Shown here piece after piece: positions 57,829 to 64,000 of a DNA stretch of 64,000 bases. The notes under the pieces are model-generated. The model searched no databases. It saw only the letters and a list, made by a program, of their open reading frames with translations, and had not been told where the DNA came from. Position 1 is the first letter of the stretch; every line of letters starts with the position of its first letter. Source of the DNA: Gloeobacterales cyanobacterium (lineage in GTDB: Bacteria > Cyanobacteriota > Cyanobacteriia > Gloeobacterales > PMM-0068); contig JBBRSB010000018.1 of assembly GCA_038245785.1 (NCBI GenBank), positions 24,616 through 88,615 on the forward strand, in the 5' to 3' direction. The translations under genes and the position numbers were made by a program.

Positions 57829-58536
57829 ATGAGTACTTCCGAGCCTCAATCCTTCGCGGTAACGCAGCGCAATCAGCTCAAACGGTTACCTCAACGCGGC
57901 CAATACGAGCGAAAAGTCATCCATCAAATCTTAGATGAGGGCCTAGTCTGCCACCTTGGCTTTAGCGTTGATGGCCAACCCTTTGTCATTCCGACGGCCT
58001 ATGGTCGCATCGATGACTGCCTCTATATTCATGGCTCTCCGGCAAGTCGGATGCTGCAATCGCTTCAAAGCGGTCTTGAAGTCTGTGTGACGGTGACACT
58101 TCTGGATGGATTGGTGTTAGCGCGGTCATCCTTTCATCACTCAATGAACTATCGCTCGGTCGTAATTTTTGGGACCGCAACGCTCGTGCAATCCTTCGAA
58201 CAGAAGTTAGAAGCGCTGCGTGCCTTTACAGAGCACGTTGTGCCAGAACGTTGGGCAGAAGTCCGCCAGCCAACGCGCCAAGAGATACAAGGAACGATGG
58301 TGCTTTCTCTTCCCTTAGCGGAAGCTTCTGCGAAGATACGAACGGGTGGGCCTTTAGATGATGAAGCAGATTACGCACTTCCGGTTTGGGCAGGTGTGAT
58401 TCCACTAGCTTTGGCCCCAGGTCCTTCTATACCAGATGCTCAGTTACATACTGATATTCGCCTACCTGATTATGTGCAGAACTACACACGTATTCAGAGC
58501 AGTAGATCAATGGATTCTGTAGAGATTTTCAAATAG
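57829..58536 (+). CDS. Pyridoxamine 5'-phosphate oxidase-like flavin-binding protein
   Basis: PFVIPT, YIHGS, DGLVLARSSFHHSMNYRSVV, WAGVIP. Confidence 0.92.
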   Translation: MSTSEPQSFAVTQRNQLKRLPQRGQYERKVIHQILDEGLVCHLGFSVDGQPFVIPTAYGRIDDCLYIHGSPASRMLQSLQSGLEVCVTVTLLDGLVLARSSFHHSMNYRSVVIFGTATLVQSFEQKLEALRAFTEHVVPERWAEVRQPTRQEIQGTMVLSLPLAEASAKIRTGGPLDDEADYALPVWAGVIPLALAPGPSIPDAQLHTDIRLPDYVQNYTRIQSSRSMDSVEIFK

Positions 58537-58546
58537 GAATTTAAAA

Positions 58547-59407
58547 ATGAAGCAGGAAGGACAAGCCTATGCTTGGGGGCTTTTAGGCATTAGTGGATTT
58601 GCTCTAACTTTGCCTGCAACCAAAGCCGCTGTCCCTCTATTTGGTGTGATTGGGGTTGGCATTGGCCGGGCCGTGATTGCCGGAATCATCGCTGCAGGAA
58701 TGTTAATTGTGTCGCGTAGCCCATTGCCTAATCGTAATCAGTTAGGACGATTAGCAGTAGTTTCCTTAGGCGTTATTTTTGGATTTCCCCTATTTAGTGC
58801 TTATGCCATGCAATACGTACCTGCCTCCCACGGTGCGATTATTACGGGTTTGATCCCACTATGTACGGCTTTATTCGCAGTGATCTTTGCCCATGAACGT
58901 CCATCTTTTAGCTATTGGCTGGCTGGCTTTGTGGGCAGTGCTGCGATAGTGATCTATTCCGTTCATGAGGGAGGCGGCAGTCTCCATCCTGCAGACGGAG
59001 CCATGTTGCTCTCAGTAGTCAGTGCGGCCATTGGCTATGCAGAGGGCGTGAGACTGGCAAAAGAAATGGAAAGCTGGCATGTTATTTGCTATTCCTTAGT
59101 TCTATCTCTGCCCTTGACAATTCTAATCTGTCTGACTGCGGGTAAGTTCAATTGGGCGGCTAGTTCGACCACCGCTTGGACTGGTTTTCTCTATGTTAGC
59201 TTGGTCAGTATGTTATTAGCTTTCTTCGCTTGGTATAGAGGCTTAGAGTTAGGAGGCATTGCCAAAATTGGTCAATTACAGCTTATTCAACCCTTCATTA
59301 CTATCTTCGCTTCCGCGCTCCTTTTTGCTGAAAAACTTTCTTTCGAAATGTTTACGACCTTAGGAATTGTTCTACTATCGGTATACTTTGGCCGCAAATC
59401 GCTTTAA
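58547..59407 (+). CDS. DMT/EamA family transporter
   Basis: About ten TM segments; TLPATK, VPASHGA, AFFAWYRGL. Confidence 0.92.
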   Translation: MKQEGQAYAWGLLGISGFALTLPATKAAVPLFGVIGVGIGRAVIAGIIAAGMLIVSRSPLPNRNQLGRLAVVSLGVIFGFPLFSAYAMQYVPASHGAIITGLIPLCTALFAVIFAHERPSFSYWLAGFVGSAAIVIYSVHEGGGSLHPADGAMLLSVVSAAIGYAEGVRLAKEMESWHVICYSLVLSLPLTILICLTAGKFNWAASSTTAWTGFLYVSLVSMLLAFFAWYRGLELGGIAKIGQLQLIQPFITIFASALLFAEKLSFEMFTTLGIVLLSVYFGRKSL

Positions 59408-59549
59408 TTTGCACGGGAAGTGGTTTGGTTGGAGGCAAGAACAGATGGTCGAATTCGCGCGGTGTGACTTGATCCATCACGCCAGCCTTGTGCAGTCCCT
59501 TTGCCGTTTCATGAACGGCCTCAAGAATCGCTGATTTGGTCTTCCGCAT
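59352..59549 (-). pseudogene. Truncated XRE/HigA-like antitoxin remnant
   Basis: SAILEAVHETAKGLHKAGVMDQVT.REFD matches the N-terminus of these antitoxins; the HTH is missing and the ORF runs into the DMT gene. Confidence 0.65.
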
Positions 59550-59603
59550 CGCAATTTACCTCTATCAATTCAAGTGCTATAGATAGCAAGGCTAATAGTC
59601 ACT

Positions 59604-59927
59604 CTATTCCCCCTCCGGTTGCCATCGATACTTTTGCAAATCGACTTTGTTCTTTGGACTGAACGGGATGCCTTCTTCTTTGAGGAGTGTGCGCTGCACG
59701 TGGTCGCAACCATCACGGAAGATAGATTCTGAAATTTCTCCTTTGGCATTGATCACTCTGTGCCAGGGGAGATCGGAGAACTTTCCATCTACGCGGAAAA
59801 GGGCGTATCCCACTAGACGGGCTTGGCCTGGGAGATTTGCCAGCTTTGCTACTTGCCCATAGGTGGCCACTTTCCCTTTAGGGATTTGGCGCACAACGGC
59901 ATAAATCTTGTCATAGGTAGAAGACAT
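59604..59927 (-). CDS. Alkyltransferase-like (ATL/MGMT family) DNA-binding protein
   Basis: IPKGKVATYGQVA, ARLVG, PWHRVIN (Trp replaces the catalytic Cys). Confidence 0.92.
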   Translation of the reverse strand: MSSTYDKIYAVVRQIPKGKVATYGQVAKLANLPGQARLVGYALFRVDGKFSDLPWHRVINAKGEISESIFRDGCDHVQRTLLKEEGIPFSPKNKVDLQKYRWQPEGE

Positions 59928-59929
59928 GC

Positions 59930-60547
59930 TTAGGCGGGGCGGAATAAAAGCTGAAGTAGGATCACCGTTAGGACCAAACCGAGAAAGCCTCCGACGACGA
60001 CTTGGCCAACGGTGTGTCTGTTCATAACAACACGGGAAACCCCAACCAGCGGAACCAATAAAAAGAACGGTACGACCCAGAGGCCAAATTGGTAGGTGAG
60101 GGCTACTAAAGGGCCACTCATGGCAATAGTGTGGACGCTGACTTTCCACCAAAAGGTGATCAAACCCACGACTAGGGTATTGGTGGCATAGCAAAACATC
60201 AATCCCTGGACTAAGTTTGGGGCATGGAGAGAGGAAAGTATTCCAAACCCAAAGAAATAATTGAGCGCTGCCAGAGTCAGAGGCCAGGGACGTTGTTCCC
60301 GTATCACCACATCAGCCGATTCAATGGTGCCTTTCTGAAGGAGATACCAGATAGAGACTGTTGGAAACACGCAGGAAAAGGAAATAGCAATACTGGTAAA
60401 AATCACTTTTTCTGATAAGCTCAGCGATTCGTTGGTCGCAATCAGTAGGAAAAAAGCCACCGCTGGCGTGATCAGTGGGTGAAACACGGCCGAGATTATT
60501 TTTGCACTAGAAGAACTCATAAGAGTGTCAGTCACACTATTCTCCAA
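59930..60547 (-). CDS. PAP2-like integral membrane protein
   Basis: Multi-TM; WKVSVH and SRV..NRHT..QV..G motifs. Confidence 0.75.
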   Translation of the reverse strand: MENSVTDTLMSSSSAKIISAVFHPLITPAVAFFLLIATNESLSLSEKVIFTSIAISFSCVFPTVSIWYLLQKGTIESADVVIREQRPWPLTLAALNYFFGFGILSSLHAPNLVQGLMFCYATNTLVVGLITFWWKVSVHTIAMSGPLVALTYQFGLWVVPFFLLVPLVGVSRVVMNRHTVGQVVVGGFLGLVLTVILLQLLFRPA

Positions 60548-60557
60548 AAGAGTAATA

Positions 60558-60577
60558 TGAACATGAATTCAAATTCA
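60558..60577. promoter_or_regulatory. Palindromic TetR operator candidate
   Basis: TGAA-ca-TGAATTCA-aa-TTCA between the divergent PAP2 and TetR genes. Confidence 0.6.
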
Positions 60578-60654
60578 GTATAAAGGTTTACTTATGTCTG
60601 ATTCTTGCTGTTTATTCATAACTTACACGCTCAACTTACCCAAGGCGGTATTTG

Positions 60655-61287
60655 ATGAGTCCATCCCTTCCTAACCTACTGGCTGGCCAAGATTTACCGG
60701 CACCTCCGCAGCAAGAGCGCAGTCGTCTCAAACGCCAAAAGCTTCTAGATGCGGCCTTGCTGCTGTTCCAAGAACATGGCTATGATGCGACTTCTATCGA
60801 GGATATGGCCCAACAGGCTGACGTGGCTGTTGGTGGCTTCTATCAGCACTTTCGCTCTAAGCGTCAAGTGTTATTGGTGCTGATGGATAGACTTTTACAA
60901 GAATTCAGCAAGATGGATTTACAGTTGGGTCCAGAGGCTAATATCGTGACCCTGGAGTCTACAGTCCGCAAGGCGCTTTCCGTTGATTGGGCTTATGCAG
61001 GGGCTTACCGGGCATGGCGAGAAGCTATTTTGCAGGACTCAGCGCTAAGTACATTAAACCGTCAGGTAACAGATTGGACCCGAACCCGCCTCGTCGAGGT
61101 TCTAAGAGGAATGCAACAACTATCCGGTGCCCGGCCTGATTTAGATATAGCGACCATGGCTTGGGTTTTGGACCTATGGTTTTGGCAATTGGCGGGGGCG
61201 CCAGCGGATAACCTCGATGCGGTTGTGCAGGTGGTAACGGATATGCTGTATCACGCCTTGTTTCAGGATGAACCCTCTTTGGGATGA
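60655..61287 (+). CDS. TetR/AcrR family regulator
   Basis: QQERS, LLDAALLLF..HGYDATSIEDMA..A.VAVGGFYQHFRSK. Confidence 0.93.
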   Translation: MSPSLPNLLAGQDLPAPPQQERSRLKRQKLLDAALLLFQEHGYDATSIEDMAQQADVAVGGFYQHFRSKRQVLLVLMDRLLQEFSKMDLQLGPEANIVTLESTVRKALSVDWAYAGAYRAWREAILQDSALSTLNRQVTDWTRTRLVEVLRGMQQLSGARPDLDIATMAWVLDLWFWQLAGAPADNLDAVVQVVTDMLYHALFQDEPSLG

Positions 61288-61389
61288 AGCTGCATTTTGT
61301 CAGAGAGGAACATTCCTATAATGGCGAAAAGCTACAGTAATCTATAGAGGCGTGTATGTTATGCGCAATAGCAATCGAGGGGAAAAGCA

Positions 61390-63327
61390 GTGGCTAAAAG
61401 TCTGACCTATAAAATTCTGGAAGCCCATTTGGTATCAGGGACCTTAAAGGCTGGGGAAGAAATTGGGATTCGTATTGACCAGACCTTGACCCAGGATGCC
61501 ACGGGCACCATGGCCTATCTCCAGTTTGAAGCCATGGATATTCCTAAAGTTCAAACCGAGCTTTCGGTTAGCTATGTAGACCACAACATGCTCCAAACAG
61601 GCTTTGAGAATGCTGATGACCACCGCTATCTCCAGTCTGTCGCTGCAAAGTACGGCATCTATTTTTCTCGTCCCGGCAATGGCATTTGTCACCAAGTCCA
61701 TCGGGAACGTTTTGCCATCCCTGGAAAGACACTCCTCGGTTCTGATTCCCATACGCCAACAGCGGGTGGTTTAGGCATGATTGCCATTGGTGCTGGTGGC
61801 CTAGATGTGGCAGTGGCAATGGCGGGTGAACCTTATTTCCTGACCTGTCCTAAGGTTTTGGGCGTCAAACTAACCGGAACCCTACAGCCCTGGTGTGCAG
61901 GAAAAGATGTGATTCTAGAACTCCTGCGCCGCCTGACGGTTAAAGGGGGCGTGGGCAAAATTGTTGAGTATCACGGTCCTGGTGTAGCTAGCCTCAGCGT
62001 TTCCCATCGATTCACGATTACGAATATGGGCGCGGAACTGGGTGCAACTACCAGTGTTTTCCCCTCCGATAGCAGAACCAAAGACTTTATGGAAGCGCAA
62101 GGTCGTGGGGATTCCTGGGTAGCCTGGGTCGCTGATGAAGGGGCTGTTTATGATGAGTTGGTCGAGATTGACCTGGATACGCTAGAGCCCTTAGTCGCCT
62201 GTCCTTCCTCTCCCGATAAGGTCGTGAAGGTTCGGGAAGTCCAAGGAACGGCGGTCAGTCAGGTGTGCATTGGTTCTTGTACCAATTCCTCTTACGAAGA
62301 CCTGGCGACCGCAGCCTTGATGCTTCGGGATAAACAGGTCCATCCGAATGTGAGCATGACCCTTACCCCTGGCTCAAAACAAGTCTTTGAAATGATTGTT
62401 CGCGATGGCTACTTCTCCGATTTGATTACGGCAGGCGCGAGAATCTTAGAATCTTCCTGCGGTCCCTGTATCGGGATGGGACAGGCTCCGGCGACGGGTA
62501 CGGTTTCGATGCGCAGCTTTAACCGGAACTTTAAAGGTCGTTCTGGAACCAGTGAGGATTTGGTCTATCTCTCCAGTCCAGAAGTGTGTGTGGCTGCGGC
62601 TCTTACCGGACAAATCACAGACCCCAGAGATTTGGGTATCGAACCGATCCAGATTGAGATTCCTCACCAATATCTGGTCCATGACAATATGATTGTGCCG
62701 CCTGCGAAGGATGGTCAAGTCACCGTCGAGCGTGGACCGAATATCAAACCCGTTCCGCTGGCAGAACCGTTGCCCAATGAAGTGAAAGCGCCTGTACTCT
62801 TGGTCACGGGCGATGACATCACTACAGACCACATCATGCCTGCTGGTGCCAAAGTTCTACCTCTGCGCTCGAATATCCCAGCTATTTCTGAATTCGTCTT
62901 TATGCGGGTAGACCCGACATTCCCCGAACGGGCGAAAGCAGCAGGTAAGTCTATCGTGGTCGGCGGTACAAACTATGGACAAGGCTCTTCTCGAGAGCAC
63001 GCAGCGCTGGCTCCTATGTACCTGGGCGTACGGGCCGTGCTGGTGAAGAGTTTTGCCCGCATTCACCGAGCGAATTTGATTAACTTTGGTATTCTGCCTG
63101 CTACGTTTGCCGATGAAAAGGACTACGACAGCATCACCCAGGGAGATGAACTCCAGTTTGCTGACTTGCATCAAGCGATGGAAACAGGAGAAGTGACAGC
63201 CCATAACCTAACCAAGGGCACTTCTTTTACGGCTAAGGTCGACCTCACCCCACGGGAAGCCCAATTGCTGAAAGCGGGCGGTTTACTCAGTGAGATTAAG
63301 GCGAAAAAGGCAGCTACTCCGGTTTAG
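61390..63327 (+). CDS. Aconitate hydratase, short single-chain (Aquifex/Firmicutes-like) type
   Basis: QDATGTMA, DHN, GICHQ, DSHTP, IGSCTN, CGPCIG, NRNF, TTDHI, NYGQGSSREHAA. Confidence 0.93.
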   Translation: MAKSLTYKILEAHLVSGTLKAGEEIGIRIDQTLTQDATGTMAYLQFEAMDIPKVQTELSVSYVDHNMLQTGFENADDHRYLQSVAAKYGIYFSRPGNGICHQVHRERFAIPGKTLLGSDSHTPTAGGLGMIAIGAGGLDVAVAMAGEPYFLTCPKVLGVKLTGTLQPWCAGKDVILELLRRLTVKGGVGKIVEYHGPGVASLSVSHRFTITNMGAELGATTSVFPSDSRTKDFMEAQGRGDSWVAWVADEGAVYDELVEIDLDTLEPLVACPSSPDKVVKVREVQGTAVSQVCIGSCTNSSYEDLATAALMLRDKQVHPNVSMTLTPGSKQVFEMIVRDGYFSDLITAGARILESSCGPCIGMGQAPATGTVSMRSFNRNFKGRSGTSEDLVYLSSPEVCVAAALTGQITDPRDLGIEPIQIEIPHQYLVHDNMIVPPAKDGQVTVERGPNIKPVPLAEPLPNEVKAPVLLVTGDDITTDHIMPAGAKVLPLRSNIPAISEFVFMRVDPTFPERAKAAGKSIVVGGTNYGQGSSREHAALAPMYLGVRAVLVKSFARIHRANLINFGILPATFADEKDYDSITQGDELQFADLHQAMETGEVTAHNLTKGTSFTAKVDLTPREAQLLKAGGLLSEIKAKKAATPV

Positions 63328-63364
63328 AAACGATATGCAAGCTCTATGCTTTATACGGTGGTGC

Positions 63365-63403
63365 CATAGACTTGTCCAAAGAAACTTTCAGACAAAGTCT
63401 ATG
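63365..63403 (+). terminator. Inverted repeat downstream of aconitase
   Basis: catagacttgtc ... gacaaagtctatg. Confidence 0.4.
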
Positions 63404-63625
63404 AAAGAGAGTTCTACATAAAAAAGGATAGTAGGCAGCAAATTCTCAGAGAGTTACTAGAGGTTACATCAAGGTTATCTATATAGTCCTCTTTTTCAGT
63501 GACAGCATACGTTAAAACTGTCTTTATAGTATGCTGTGTCAAGAGCTTGGCAAACTTTTTCAGCCTAAGATTCCCCGATTGGGTGATTAGACCGTGAAAA
63601 TGCTTGTAGTAAATAGTCTATATAA

Positions 63626-64000
63626 TATAGCAGCCGCCAAGTTAGTTAGGACGCCAAATATAGAACATGCTCCATCGCATCTCGCAAACAATTAAACTGG
63701 TCCAGCTGTTTGCGAATTCGACTTTTCAACCAAGACCAGCATTTCTCAATCTTGTTCAGGTCCGGCGAATATGGCGGTAAGTACAGCACTTCACACCCAG
63801 CTTGCTCTATCAGGTGCTCAATGCGTCCACCCTTGTGAAACGTCGCATTATCCATCACCACCGATTGGCCTGGTTTGAGTACGGGCAGTAGGCAATTCTC
63901 TAACCAAATCTCAAACACCGAACGATTGCAGGCTCCCTCTACCGTGAACGGGGCCATCAGTTGCTGGTTGCACAGGGCCGCAATCATATTGACTCGGCCC
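63626..64000 (-). mobile_element. IS630-family insertion sequence (right part) with terminal inverted repeat
   Basis: TA + TAGCAGCCGCCAAGTTAGTTAGGAC end at 63626-63652, overlapping the transposase stop. Confidence 0.85.
63646..64000 (-). CDS. IS630 DDE transposase, C-terminal part (truncated by the window)
   Basis: VVMDNATFHK and LYLPPYSPDLNKIEKCWSWLK. Confidence 0.93.
   Translation of the reverse strand, partial: GRVNMIAALCNQQLMAPFTVEGACNRSVFEIWLENCLLPVLKPGQSVVMDNATFHKGGRIEHLIEQAGCEVLYLPPYSPDLNKIEKCWSWLKSRIRKQLDQFNCLRDAMEHVLYLAS

Noticed and set aside
59604..60194. 196-aa ORF-track version of the ATL gene
   Set aside because: The upstream part overlaps the PAP2 gene in another frame; the real start is ATG 59927.

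Overview
Cyanobacterial chromosomal window (psbV/psbV2-like cytochromes, Ycf37, CRR7, phycobiliprotein lyase, group-2 sigma factor, tal/gnd/tkt). By-eye scarcity of HIP1 (GCGATCGC), a very divergent PsbV and an Aquifex-type aconitase suggest an early-branching, Gloeobacterales-like host (inference). The left ~27 kb is a stress/signalling island. It encodes two paralogous PAS histidine kinase + single-receiver modules, an RcaC/RfpB-like REC-OmpR-Hpt-REC-REC regulator, orphan CheB/CheR, Hsp20, a group-2 sigma factor, USP/OsmC, Crp-thioredoxin and an ABC exporter. The main observation is a conserved promoter architecture, C(C/T)TCA-N6-C(C/T)TCA-N11-TAnnnT, found five times with identical spacing in front of five of these transcription units. 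It is a candidate regulon of the local OmpR-family phosphorelay. Other points of interest are a Tat-exported lipoxygenase with altered metal ligands and an in-frame deletion, a lipobox-bearing PsbV, many small deletions/frameshifts, a degenerate tRNA-Ser copy carrying a tiny insertion, REP/MITE-like palindromes and an IS630 element at the right edge. The right part is mostly housekeeping. All calls come from reading the sequence and ORF track; no database searches were run.
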